63,632 nucleotides of DNA, filler included, from Perkinsus chesapeaki ATCC PRA-425 (GCA_013115145.1; 7 parts of 7 records of this genome joined end to end with filler, not necessarily neighbours in it); one strand, 5' to 3'; counted from the whole stretch's first letter, positions 1-12,566 are shown. Numbers and translations: made by a program. Notes: generated from the sequence alone by a model not told the origin.

Positions 1-316
1 GTACTGAATGCAAGTGTACCGAGCTTATGGATACGAGATAATAGTGAACGTACTTTTGGTGGTCGAACTGCCGGTGATCTGAATAGGAGCGAACGAGCTG
101 ACTGTGTACGTGTTTCGAGCAAACGAGTTGGGTATGAACGTGATTTATGGAGATTAAACATTAAGTGTACCTAATTTATGTGTACCAATCGTTAACATCC
201 CACGCAAAGATCGCCTGCAGAAGCTCAGCACAGAGTACTCCCTCCGAAGGAAGTGCTAGCCAGTCTGCGAGATAACACTGGTTTGATCCACTGCCTAGAT
301 GATCTAGGCACCATCT

Positions 317-367
317 AGCTCCTAGAGCACATAGGATCTAGGCTAGATCCTATGTACTCTAGGAGCT
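317..367. repeat. Inverted repeat / hairpin (24-bp arms, 1 mismatch, 3-nt loop); a second 9-bp hairpin at 292-310
   Basis: agctcctagagcacataggatcta-ggc-tagatcctatgtactctaggagct read directly; tgcctagat-g-atctaggca just upstream. Confidence 0.9.
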
Positions 368-380
368 TCAAGGTAGCAGG

Positions 381-807
381 TTGGTGCAGAAGACACCCAG
401 CCACAGCTCATGGGCCATGAGTCATGGCTATGTGGAGGATTCTGCTACTGACTCTAACGAGGAGCCTCAGGACGCACAAGAGCCTGAAGGCTCTCCGCGT
501 GTAATGGAAGTCTCTCAGGTTAGGGAGCTGCCTATTCTCCCTGAGGACACCCAGGCCAGGGGTTTTGGCACCCCCCCCTGATCAGGTACCTATAGACGCT
601 GCACCGTGGGTTTGCCCTTTCCAACGGTGTGGCAAGGTCTATAATACCAAAAAAGCTTGGCTAAATCATGGTGCTGGCGTGCATGGCTGGAACTTTCAGC
701 GAAACATTGAGTCTCGCACTCGTGCTAGAACTGGTGTGAGAACTCATACAGGTAACCAGTCAGGTTCGTCAAGAAGGGATACAACTGTTGGGCGGAGTTG
801 TAACTAA
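381..807 (+). pseudogene. Frameshifted ORF: acidic low-complexity region plus C2H2 zinc finger (probably TE-derived)
   Basis: ORFs 381-581 and 565-807 overlap at a C8 run (571-578); the second has CPFQRCGKVYNTKKAWLNHGAGVH (C-x4-C-x12-H-x4-H). Confidence 0.45.
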
Positions 808-1092
808 AGCAGAAGGCCCTCGTGATTAGGTTATGGGGTACAGATTTAGTTCTCACCCGGATTTCTCCTGGCGTATACGGGATAAGGGAAATCGTAGGGT
901 ACGCCCTAACACAGTATTGGGATAGTATTGAATACTATAACCGCACAAAAGCTCGTAGATTCACTCAAACTATAGGTTCAACTCAGCTTCCACCGTTGGA
1001 CGGGTTCTTAGCCCGTATAACAGTGGAAGCTGAGTTACAAACCCGCCGGGTTCAAGTTGAGCCCAGGGTTCCGCTCAAGGGGAACGCGAGGT

Positions 1093-1170
1093 AATTCCCT
1101 CCTGGGAATTCCCGCACGGGAATGGGGAATTTGCCAGAGGGTGGGGGATTCCCGGGGAATTCCCCGCCGA
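1093..1170. repeat. Cluster of GGGAATTCCC-type palindromic motifs (possible DNA-transposon subterminal array)
   Basis: aattccc, gggaattccc, gggaatggggaattt, ggggattcccc and ggggaattcccc within about 80 nt. Confidence 0.6.
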
Positions 1171-3426
1171 GACGAAAAAGTTTTTCTACTCCAATTTTTT
1201 CCTTAGAAAAACTGACTTTAACACCTTTATTGAGTATTTTGTGTCTTTCTTCTCCTACATGTTTATAGCAACACCTGGTCTCAAAAGGACGATGGAGAGT
1301 AGTGAGGTATGTTGCGACTGCCCTAGTTATCTTGAATATTCTTAGAGCCTAACTTAGACTGTCCAAGTTAGGCTTCTTCTACGCGAAGTTCGGCACGCAT
1401 GCGCATTATTCTAGCCTAAAATTTCTAGGAAGCTAGAAATTCTAGTTGAAGACCGTGAGGGCCTCCGCACAGGGTTGACCACGGGTTATCTGCGGTCGAT
1501 GCTCACCTGTGTATAAAAACATAATCGAGGGGCGCGTTAAGCCCTGGTTGAGCCCATGTTAAACTGTTCAACAATTACTGTTGTGTTGTGCCAAGGGTCG
1601 TACTTTTAGGCAACGCAACTAGTAGCGGGCGTTAGTGGATAGCGTAGTAGTTACAACAGTGACAAGGGGCTCGTATAAAGGACCAAGTACGCAGATACAA
1701 TGATAACACTAATGATCTAGCAGTAGATTCTACCAAATCCACCTAAGTCTGTCTAATCTCTTAGCGGGGCCTACGCGTACAAGTAGCGCGATCGATTGTG
1801 GACAGACGGATAATTAAAGGGCGCGTGGGAAAGCGCATGCTATCCCAACAGTTGAACCCAGGGTTCGCTATGACAATTTAGGGCGTGCGCTTTTTTAAGC
1901 GAAAGTCTCGATTGGACGAGCTGAATTCCTCGTAGAACTTCATGCTTCTGAGATTTGTTTTCATTATCGTTTCAACTTATGTGTTCAAACTGGACTCCAG
2001 TTTATCTGCCTGCCTGTCTGCTTGCCTGAAGGCCTTGAAAATTTGCAGAATGTTACTACTGGAACACATTCCTTATTAAACATAATCTATTCATAACAGA
2101 TATAAATAAATACGGTATAACTCCGTGATGCGAGTTTTGGAGGTCTTCTACGGACTTAGCTTAAATTATAAAACCGCTGAAAGCGAACGCGCTTTACAAC
2201 GTGAAATTTACATCAACGGATCTCTGACATCCTTCCTGATCATTTTTATAAATCCTTTTAACATTGACGCGTCTTCCACGAAAAGATACGAACTTCGATT
2301 TTGTCTTATCGAGCTGCTGCCTGCTAAAATGTATCCTCGTTATTTTTTGTTTCTTCCTCGAGAACTCTTGGCTTTACTGATTGCAAAATAAAGATTAGAT
2401 GTAGTAGCTCTCCCGGCACTCTAGCAATCTATTTGGTCGTACCTCACTGTATTTACTGCTCTCTATTATCAGTACTTATCAATGTTATTCTCCAGTAGCG
2501 TTCGTTTACGGTATAAAATGGGGAGGCCAGGAGGGAAAGGTAACCTCACAAATTAGCTCTTGAGCGGTTCGTACATTATTAGAGTAAAATTCAAGTGTAT
2601 TTTCATACCGTATTTTCTCCTTCGTCGTCACAATTGCACCATGGCGGTGTGTAGCACATTTGCAGCACATCAGGTCTATATGAGCGATGGTGGCTCGAAT
2701 GGAAGCCTTTCAAGGTCGTTCATCAAAAAGTCTGCGCCACACGGGGTGGTCATGCCAACCCACACGAGTGGCCGAAACGCTATTGGCCCACAGGATTCTC
2801 GAAAAAGGTCCGAAGATTCTCCCCTGCGCACTATGAAGATTTCCCGTTTAGACTCGTATTTTCAACGGCGCCCAGTATGCATTTAATCGATATGGATATG
2901 ATTATCAAATTCCGAAGTGGGGCGGATAAATTCTGGAAAGGACATGATACGTTTCAGTGTGCTCTCATGGAGTCGTGTTGTAATATGTGATCTGGCGAAA
3001 TGTGGGATGTGTAACCGCTGCCAGGGGCTATGTTGCCCAGTAGAGGAAACCGTGCCTGAGCGTGAATGCGCACACTAAGTCTTATTGGTAATTGAGTCAG
3101 TCGAAGGTTCGAATCTCGGCAGAGTTATTTTAGCATGCTAGAAGATCCTGCTGAGGCACTGACCGGAATGAACAAGATTTTCGGCGACTCCTCATGTAAG
3201 GTCATGGTGAGGAGAGCTCGAACGGTTGGAGCGAATAGAGTTTTTGCATTATAATACCTTTTACTATAATAGAGGTGCAAAGGGGAGGGAAACGACGGAA
3301 CTCGACGATGAATATTAGGTGGAAGATCGAGAGGAGTGTCAGTAAAGAAGACTGTAATACTAGACCAAGGGGATTATAAGCTTCATTCAATTTGCCGTTC
3401 CGGGGGAAATGAAGTGTATTGCTAGT

Positions 3427-3625
3427 AATAGAAAGGCGTTTGATAGGAAATATGTTACTAGTGGTGCGGAGGAGATATAATAGAAAGGAGTTTGATAGGA
3501 AATATGTTACTAGTGATACGGAGGAGGAGGTATAATAGAAAGTTAGACGGGAAATATGTTACTAGTGATACGGAGATATGATACAAGTTTGATAGGAAAT
3601 ATGTTGCTGGTGCGGATATGAAATA
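3427..3625 (+). repeat. Minisatellite, about 4 copies of a ~50-bp unit (tttgataggaaatatgttactagtgatacggaggag...)
   Basis: Repeated core ggaaatatgttactagtg; the same family occurs reverse-complemented at 56150-56222. Confidence 0.85.
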
Positions 3626-4787
3626 GAGGAAGGCTCGGTGTTGCTTTATGATCCCCTGGAGGGATGGCAGCATGAGAATGTCAGTGGACATCGCTAGAAT
3701 GTTACCTTCGAAAAATGTGTATAAACAGATTTGATGAACTTTCCTCAGCTCTTCAAAGGCCCAGTGTGCACCGTGTGGACAAAGGGAAGGTTGTTGGCGA
3801 GGTGAATCCCGATGAGGCATGCGAGGAGCTCGCATCAATTCATCGTCGGAGGACGCTTATGCAGGCGCAGCACGGTAAGCGCTTTGACGACGAATTCACT
3901 AGGCACTGTATTTTCGGAGCCTGCCCACGAGGTCCGCTCTACTCGCTCAGCTTAACTATAGTTACTCATATGATAGTCCTCGTAGGTAACGTTCTATTTC
4001 CGGTACCATTCAACTTGGTATAAACTTGTTGCACTGCAATAAGAAACTATCCAATGTCAGTATCGGGAAGTCTAGCCAAACACCCCGACATTTTCTCTGT
4101 ATTAGAGTTACTGAGAGCTGCAAGGCCGCTACAATTGAAGATTAAAAATGTTTTTCCGCAAATTCTCATTCCGTCTTACGTGTGCTACCATTCGTATAGA
4201 TTGCAGGAATTCCACATGTAGGTGTCGATCGTAGCGCCCGACTCGCCTGGGCGCTGGACACCAAAAGTCGGGCGAATCAGCTTTACAGGGACGGGCGGAT
4301 TAGAGAAGCACAACTGTTGTATGTCGACTGTCTCACTGCACTTGATGATTCTGTTGAGATGAAAGAACGGGTAGGCCGGTAGCGTGCTTTTGGAAGTGCA
4401 AGTGATCAAGTAAAGCATAGTAACACTGAAAGGCGAGGGGCAAAATTACAAAATCTGTGACCACTTCAAAATGAACATTTTTCATTTCCACTTGGAAAGA
4501 AGAAAACAACGTATTTTTGGTTCCGTCGGTTCGCAATCGGAACTAGTGAAGTCAGGATTTGTGCAGCTAGATAGAACTTGGCTACACCGCTGGTCATCTT
4601 CAATGCTGCGCATGCTGACCAGATCAGCCTGATCCTACGTACTTACTTCTAATGGGTTTTATCAATACGGCAAAGCCGACGGGTTCGACTGAGAACCAAC
4701 CTCAAAACGGCGTACTAGCATACGGTTGATTGTCAGACTTTAGAGTCTTAAGTTGCGTAAAGTTTCGCAAGCTACCCGGTCCCCGAC

Positions 4788-5903
4788 GTGCGTCGGGCCG
4801 TTATACTCTTGTATGATTGCTCGAAGGTGCTCATACCGATTTCTTCCAACTTGGCCGCATGTATGATTGAGCTCGGTCATTTTCGTAAATGCGTAGAAGT
4901 CTGCTCCACCTGTCTTGCTGCTATTAACGACGGTGATGCAGACCCAGAGGATGTCCAGCAGATCTTACGCAGGCAAGTCAGAACGAGTCATTCCCTTCCT
5001 ACAGACCACAGAGTCGTCTTTGTGTGTGTTCGATATGATATCAATTGGAAACGTCGAGTGCTCGATTCGAAATCTTACCACACTTAGGTCTCTGTACATC
5101 TTTAAAATTGGGGAGAAAGACTCGGTATGAACTGCCAAACCGAAAAGGAGTCCATTCGGATACCTCATATCCAGTCTCATTTGCTGTCCTCACAAGACTG
5201 CAGCAAAACATATATAGGCCGTCAGCGAGAATCAATCTAAATTTCTCCGTATCGAATCGGCGGAAACTTCAGGTCGTCTTCCGAGTGGGCTTCCCAACAA
5301 CTTCTTCGCTTCATTATCATATCATTAGACTATGCTCCGCTTAGAGTGTAGCTGGACCACGTAATGGCTGACAACATCTAAGTTGCATAGAATAGCATAA
5401 AATATCGAGTGAATCTCCTCTGGACTCGAACTGGGACAGAGAATGCGCGTCACATTTCTACTGGGAGCACGTTGTCTACTAGACTGTACGTTACAGCGCC
5501 TCTCGTTGAGGCTCTCGAGGACCACAGGCCAATCTTGACGGGAAACGGTGCCACGTTAGCGATATGCTGTCTCCTAATCAGGCGAGGTATAGCTTATTTC
5601 CGACTCGGCGAATACGACCAGGCAAAATCCGACCTTGATAAACTGTCCAAGGATATGCCCGACGTGACTCGATACTTGAAAGCCATAAGAAGAAAACGAC
5701 GCGAAGAACAAAAGATGTGTTCGAGAATGCTCGCCTCGCCAAATCTTTATTCCGACAAGTCCCCGCGAACTGAGGCCAAGAAATTAAACTTTGATGATTT
5801 ATTTCCCTCTCAAGTGGCTTCCGAGAGTGCTGCTGAAGAGAACTCGTTTTGGTCGTGGATTAGATTATGTTGCAGACGACGGAAGAAGCCTGTCTCTGAC
5901 TAG
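4788..5903 (+). CDS. TPR-repeat protein (FKBP/co-chaperone-type TPR); spliced, 5' end uncertain
   Basis: SNLAACMIELGHFRKCVEVCSTCL and LIRRGIAYFRLGEYDQAKSDL are consecutive TPR-like helices; stop at 5903. Confidence 0.6.
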
Positions 5904-6849
5904 TTTGACGAACTTGTGTTATTTCCGGTAGTCAGTTGCCTTTGATAAACCATCAAGAATCAATCCGGTTTACGGCTTGCATTAATCGTGTATCATTCCC
6001 TGATCACGCACACGGTGACTAATGTTCTGATCAACAGTCCGCTGAGGCGGGATGAAGCGCTTCGTTCAATTCAGAAACATGCCCTAAACGTGAGATGCTT
6101 TCGATTAGCACTTCCTTGACCATTCATAGCCGAGAAAGGCTCTCAGTTGTATCAGATGTTGTGATTCACAACACGTACTCAGCTCAGCATCCAAGCACCG
6201 ATTCCTTCGCTTGCTCTTCCTGTTAGTAGCTAAGCTCGGTTCTTTAACATTGAACATTGTTGTGATGCCACAAGCAACAACACGGACGTCTGTTTTAAAG
6301 CTAAAAAGCACTCTTGCGACGACCAGTGAAGTTGAAGCATGGAAACAGCAGCTCGCTAAAGTATGTCGAACTGCGAAATTTTCGGCTCATCACTTTTCTT
6401 TCGTAGGAAGCGCACATCACAAGGCCCGCAGAAGAAAAGGCATTAGCGGACATCGGGCAGGAGCTTTATAGAGACAATAAATACTTTGGTTTTTACAAGG
6501 TTACAAATCATTACTCTGACCTCAAGTTGGTCGCAGTTACGTTAACAATCTGTTGTGCACTTAGCTCAGCGCTTGGGTTTACCAGCGCGTGTCTGTGCTA
6601 TGTTCGATAACATATTGCACTTTGTATTTTCAGTACTGTCGAATCCATGTTGTTGCTTGTTACTGTCGGCACCTAGACAGTCTTCTTCGTTCTAGAAGTG
6701 TGTCGTTATATGGCTTTCATTGTGATGCTCAGGTGAGCGGCTCTGGCTCGGCAGACAGAAGCCAATTCACGTTGGACAAGATACAATGCGATGAAGGTTT
6801 CGATCCGAAGTGAGCGACATTGCTGTAGCCAGAGAGCAAAGAGAGTGTC

Positions 6850-7795
6850 AGGTGTCCTAAGGACACCGCGAATCCGGAATATATTCGCCGGCAACATGGA
6901 CTGGAATCGACGAGACCGGTTCGAACGAATCAGACATACGGATGGCTCCGACCGCTTGACCAGCCAAAATACGGATTTGAACGTAACTTGGGATTTAGTT
7001 ATCGAATTAGCTTTGTCGACAGGCACGAAGATCTGCCATGATTCATTCATGGACTTCTCGCATCTTTGAGAGTTGTTACTGTTGTGATGTGGGCCATACC
7101 GTGTGGCTGATTATCAGACCGCCTTGCGTTATATAGTAAAGTGCCAGTAGAACCGATGACATGAAATAATACACTTGTTCATGCCGCAAGACTTGGCCTA
7201 TCTGAACTGCGAATCAGAGTTAGATACGCCCGGTAGTTCTTGGAATTTTTATAAAGCCACATAGTCAATCTGGATACCGCGAACACATCACGAGGGCATT
7301 GACTTGGAAAACTGACAGAAGAAGAAGTATGGAGGTGTAACTTAGCAGCTAAATGTATTCAACTGCGATTAGCTGAGTATCCCGAAGGGGTTCAAGTGTG
7401 TATAAGGCACCCGTAAGTTGCGGGCAGCAACATGCAAGCAGTTGATTGCGCGCGACATCATGCCATTATGGGGACATCATTACTCATTTCGCTCGCCCAA
7501 TCTCTTCGGTAAGAGAGAGGCAGCAGCTCTCCTTGTGAGTTATGCCGCGAAACCATAGCACTAGCTTATACATGAACGAGCGTGAGTGTACCGCGCCTGG
7601 GAGGGAACAGGATCTTCATCTTAGAACAACCTGATAGAGACATATGTCCGTTCCAGGAACCTTTTAGCTCTGGCGCAGGATAGTCTAGCCTCTGATCCTT
7701 GTTCTTTACAACGCATAACTCTATGAACTACATCGTGAGTCACGATTCGTGTACTGTATTTGTGTTGACTTTAGACTTGCAGAAAGCTATCAATC
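6850..7795 (+). mobile_element. Highly degenerate non-LTR (LINE-like) retrotransposon fragment
   Basis: Stop-interrupted motifs in expected order: IFAGNMD (APE-like GDxN), KLTEEEV, FQEPFSSGAG (Q-GFR-like), VFVLTLDLQKA (RT DxxKA motif). Confidence 0.4.
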
Positions 7796-7858
7796 ATAGA
7801 GAGAAGGTGGAGCGAAGGTAGCGCTCCCCCTTCTCTCTATGATTGATGGCTTTCTGCA
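7778..7858. repeat. Long fold-back inverted repeat (37-bp arms, 2 mismatches, 7-nt loop)
   Basis: tgcagaaagctatcaatcatagagagaaggtggagcg ... cgctcccccttctctctatgattgatggctttctgca. Confidence 0.92.
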
Positions 7859-9323
7859 CGCGTGGTCATGGGCGCGCTCTCGGAACCTCTGGCTTCTATT
7901 GGCTATCAAGGCTGAAAGGAATAACAAGCACTAGGCCTCGCAAGAGCGCTAGGAACACTCCTCCACGCCCTAGTTGAGGGAGGACTCTACGGCAGACTTG
8001 GATTTCTTGTCAATCTGAATCACAATGTGATTATCGATCATGAACAAGAATTGAGCATGTGATAATCACATGTTAAATAATCCACAAAATATATTTAATG
8101 TTACCCATCATTTTTAGCTATAGAAGGGTAAACATTCCATCGTTCCATTTCAGCAATATTTCCAGTTCCAGCTCTTCCCCATGCGTTTGCTCGTAAACCT
8201 TCTGCTCGCAAGCACCGTTGCTGAATTCGTTCGTCGCGCCCAGACGCCAGACACCGGTACGTCCTAGCGCACCCTTCTCAGGAGTCTGTTTTCTTAGAAT
8301 ATTACGGTCGCCCGGATGGAGGCGGACTTGGATGGTGCCCACTGAGACAATACGCGTTCGCATATGTAGACTCTCAAAGCTTCTCCGGAACAGTAACCGA
8401 TATATTTTCAGATGCTGGGAGGATCCATCTGTGCTCCGAAGTGCTCCTCTGTCAGCGAATGCCCACCGCCGTCAGGTGGAGCGAAGGGTCCAGTTGAGTG
8501 CCTTCAAAGTTGTTTTCTCCGTTGCAAAGAAGTACGGCTGGCAGCTTGCGTACCCGAACTCGGAAGCCCTTGTATTTTCAGGACTCCGATTGTCCCGAGC
8601 TCTCTGGTGGCGAGTCATTCTGCGGGAAGCAGGCTGCTCCGTTCGCTGTGTGCTTTTGGAAGTAGTATTAGTCATTCTTGATTTGTCCGTCCCCAATTTG
8701 ATTACTTGTCTTGACAACGGTGATGTCCTATCGAGCTGTACTATTTGCCTCATCTTATTCTTGCCCTTGTATGACACATCCTTGAGCGCAGTCGTAGGAT
8801 ACTGTCAGCTGTACAGTACAATGTGGTATTCGTCCACGCCGAGATTTCAAATTGTCTCTTGTAGTTGTCAGACAGCAGCCTCTTGGAAGGCTTTTGTTCT
8901 TCGCGTTGTCCTTTCGGTTTGAGCCGACACCCGAGAAGGCTGCTTTTCGGCTGTGCTCAAGACTACCGTCCAGTACTTCTCATTCTAAGCAGCTCGCAGT
9001 CTTCAGAAGTATTTTCCTGTCGCTTTCGATTTTGAGTGGACAGTGTTACATGGGCTAGTTTGTCAGCTGGGTTCATTGTGTAGTGTCAACAGCACCAGGA
9101 GACGAAGCTGTGACACAAACACTTACTTGATGATCCAATACTTCGTAGACCTCGCCACCTGCCAGCCTAGTTTGTGAATCTCGAGTGACTCATTGTGCAC
9201 GCCTTGTCAGTGTTCATCTCATTCGGAGAATATTGTGAGTTAACTCGCAACAGTCAGCACGACAGTGATTACCGTTGGAAAAGCATTGAAGAAATATCCA
9301 ACATTTGGTCGTATGAAAGAGTG

Positions 9324-10862
9324 TTACTTGTTCAGAGCAAGCTCTTGAGATGCTACATATCGCCCGTTAGCCAGGAAGCCTTCCGTTGCGGGAAATAACT
9401 TCCTCTGAATGACAGAAACGCCGAGAGTGACGAGCAGGCTCGACAGCATAACAGCAAGGAATACAGTCATGGCCATTGAAGAGTAAAGCCCACCAGGTAG
9501 CACATACATTCGGAAGCCACCAACGAAAGTGCCATACCAACTCCAGCCGCAGACAAGAATTGTTAAGTTACCGGCAATAACGCCGGAGACAACGGCTAGG
9601 GCAGTGACAGCCGAATGCAGGCCACAGAATACTGGTAGACATACCGTTGCAGCAACCAGGTCACCGATCAGGAAAAGACTTATCATGGACATCTGGCTCA
9701 TGGCTAGAACGACTGCCGGAACATTCATCATGAGCAGTAGGACACGGGCCCAGTGTAAGCTCCAACGACGTTTGACAAACTCGGCAGCGAAGACCGAGAG
9801 GAGGGCGGACTGTACGGTATCCACGCTTGATGTCGTGAGACATACAGAGAGAACCACAACACATCCTATAGCTTTACCAGGAAGGGCTTCTAAGAGATCA
9901 AAAAACGCCAGCGCCTTGGTGTACGGTACGGTGGTGAGGTGTGGAACTGCGCGCGCCCGGTCTTGCGCTTCGGCTACCATGCCCAAAACACCAAACCCCA
10001 TTAATATGAAGAATACAAGAACCCCACCGAGTAGCAATCCCAGTCTGAGATTGAGATCATCTTTAGCTGCCCAGACTCTTTGCCAAACAGCCATATCCAG
10101 CAGCTCGGCACTAAGAGTAGCTAGGATCAGCACGATAAGGCTTTGAAAACCAAGTGAACTCCAATTCGCAACGGTCGTCCAATTTGGTGCACTGATAACA
10201 ACCTTAGTTGAAGTGACAATAACTGCAAATATGATAAGACCAACGGCAGCCATCCCCTGAGTCATATCCGTCAGAATCGATAGCGGTAAGCCAGAAAGAA
10301 GGGTGTAGGACAGCGTGACAAAAGCGACAGAAAGGCAGGTGAGCCAAGAAGGAATACCAGTGAACATTTCTACCACTTGGCCAACAGCTGTGTACTCTGA
10401 CACTATGCTGATCCACATGATCAAAATTGAAACGAGCACAACATACACTTGTATGGGTCTACCAAACCGCATAAAGATCCAATCTGTTGCCGCATAGCCC
10501 TTGTCGGGACCAACCGTCCTCTCGAGCTGTTCCCGCAGTTTAGCACCGATTATTAGTATGACAGCCAGAGGGGCCACACATCCTACGGCATACCCGATGA
10601 TGCCCCACCAGCCAAGGAAAGTGCCAACTTCTGGCATAGCAAAAAAGACCCATGAGCCCATCACACTGGCAAAATATGACATACCAATCCATGGCCAGGT
10701 AAAGCGCCTCCGGGCGGCATAGAAATCCTGCTGTGCATCGGTTGAGGTTTCCTGCATGAACTTGCGGCGACATGCGAGCAGGATATATGCCAAAACAGCA
10801 AACACAGCTAGAGTCGTGTATAGCAGAATGTAGCCCGATAGGAGAGTGAGACGGTAGCTCAT
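9324..10862 (-). CDS. Sodium:solute symporter (SSS) family transporter, intronless
   Basis: Many hydrophobic TM segments; SYFASVMGSWVFFAMPEVG, RFGR, YTLLSGLPLSILTDMTQG, WQRVWAAKD, SSVDT motifs; likely ATG at 10862 (MSYRLTLL), downstream of the ORF-track start at 11081. Confidence 0.85.
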   Translation of the reverse strand: MSYRLTLLSGYILLYTTLAVFAVLAYILLACRRKFMQETSTDAQQDFYAARRRFTWPWIGMSYFASVMGSWVFFAMPEVGTFLGWWGIIGYAVGCVAPLAVILIIGAKLREQLERTVGPDKGYAATDWIFMRFGRPIQVYVVLVSILIMWISIVSEYTAVGQVVEMFTGIPSWLTCLSVAFVTLSYTLLSGLPLSILTDMTQGMAAVGLIIFAVIVTSTKVVISAPNWTTVANWSSLGFQSLIVLILATLSAELLDMAVWQRVWAAKDDLNLRLGLLLGGVLVFFILMGFGVLGMVAEAQDRARAVPHLTTVPYTKALAFFDLLEALPGKAIGCVVVLSVCLTTSSVDTVQSALLSVFAAEFVKRRWSLHWARVLLLMMNVPAVVLAMSQMSMISLFLIGDLVAATVCLPVFCGLHSAVTALAVVSGVIAGNLTILVCGWSWYGTFVGGFRMYVLPGGLYSSMAMTVFLAVMLSSLLVTLGVSVIQRKLFPATEGFLANGRYVASQELALNK

Positions 10863-12566
10863 GAAACTTTTGAGGTTGGCGCAGCAATGGCTACGAAGAG
10901 TTACTGTGGGGGATAGTGTACTAAAGGAGAAGGGCAGGTTAGGGGACAGGATTCGCCGCATATACGCACAACTGCACACAAAGGCAGCCGTAGCTCTTAC
11001 CAACACAGCCAAGGATATAAAGAGGTGTAAATGAAGCAAGTGATAGAAACGATAGACTATCGTCGATAGTGAATGGACCAATTAAGAAGCATGTTAGCGG
11101 CAATTGAGGATGCACTAGGCGTCTGAGTGTCGTTCACATCAGTATGTTAATCAATAGGAAAAGCGAGCACAGGATTTTTCCAAAGTGACGCAAGTCCCTC
11201 CGCCGTGGCGGCGCCGCAGGACACCGCGCGCTCTGGGAAGTATCGGAGTGGCCATGAACGAACAATTCCGTGGGTTCCAATGGCTAGAGCATTGACCCAT
11301 TTCTGGCAGAGGTACAGGACGGCAGGCAATCCGGGCAGCCATGCAATGTTCGAAAGCGCGTAGGAATTAGGCTACCACGTTATCATTTCGGCCGAGCTGG
11401 GCACACCATTGCGCGCGCGTCGCACTCCGAGGGGCAGGCGTTTTGCGGGACGTATGATCATCTCAGCAGGATGTCCCGAATGGATACTTAAGCCCGAGGC
11501 TGTACGTGCACGATTCAGGGCAGCCTACTAATGAGGCCACCTACAGAGAGGAAAGGCTCTTCAGCTTCTGCAGAATCGCAGCCATTTTCTAGCTTTTTAC
11601 TTTGACCGCTCCACTCAATTTTAGTGAGCGCTGCAGATTCTCGCGGAAAGACAATTTCATCACAAACAAACAGTATTAGTCGCACCTTAAGAGCCGATAA
11701 CCAGCTCCGATTACCGGTACCAGCTTACGAGGCAGGCAGTGAGTCAGGAATCAGGTTCAGTATTGTCATTGATAGGCATTATTATTAGTTACCGCCGGCC
11801 CACTGCTGTATTATTCTTTATCTCTTTGAACTTAACGGCCGAGCTCGCAAGCTTTGAGGAACCCCTTGCCCGAATACTGTTATCATGCTGAGTGTGTTTA
11901 TGATACGGAATGCTCGATTCATGGGGTCGCGCGATGGGACAATACCAACTCCCAGCATGCTCAATTTCTTGTTCGAAATTCCGAGCTGTTCGCTCCTGTG
12001 TATCGCACTCCCGTAAGACTGGTCTTAAATAGACAGGTGGATTTATCAAGAATATAAGTTGAAGTGCGATGTTACGCATGTAAGCAAGCAAGTGTGAGTA
12101 TATCGAACAAACACGCAACACTACGGTGGAAATTGGAAAGAAGCTCACGCATGACAGGGCATATCACTCATGAGAAACTGGCTTACACACACTGGCAAAA
12201 ATGATAACGAATAGCACTAGCATATCCGATCGAGTTACTTATATGAATTACTAGGCAAAAATTCCTTGCGGACGAAACTAAGAAAAATGACTAACAATTA
12301 TGAGATACTCTATAGAAGCAACTGAGGTATTCAACTGGATGCATGACAAGATACTTTCTGACCGATAATTGATTTCAGCATTTGGGACAAGCTTGGTCGC
12401 GGCGGAGGCACCTGAACACCACATAGATAATAACCTATCTGGCGCACACTTACAGGCTTGGGGAGAGAGATGAGAGGCGCGCGGTCAGACCAAATTCGTG
12501 CGTTAAGGATACTCTCTGTCTTCCTGAATGATAATTGCTAGACTATTATCAACGAAGCAACTCTCC

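Noticed and set aside
2125-2391. Possible MULE transposase remnant (CKFH) on the minus strand
   Set aside because: A single short motif among many stop codons.
2640-3010. Possible Ty3 integrase zinc-finger remnant (GGH...RYWPTG..KVRRF)
   Set aside because: The CxxC and DDE motifs are not recoverable; too weak without a profile search.
10886-10895. CGTAGCCATT on the minus strand ~25 nt upstream of the SSS ATG, resembling the dinoflagellate/Perkinsus spliced leader
   Set aside because: Only 10 nt match and the TTGGCTCAAG half is absent. A 9-nt match also occurs at 22248-22256 with no gene start, so chance is sufficient.
9324-11081. ORF-track 585-aa start for the symporter, and its antisense ORF 9529-10146
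   Set aside because: The first ~70 aa come from a non-ATG start and look non-coding; the antisense ORF is a shadow.
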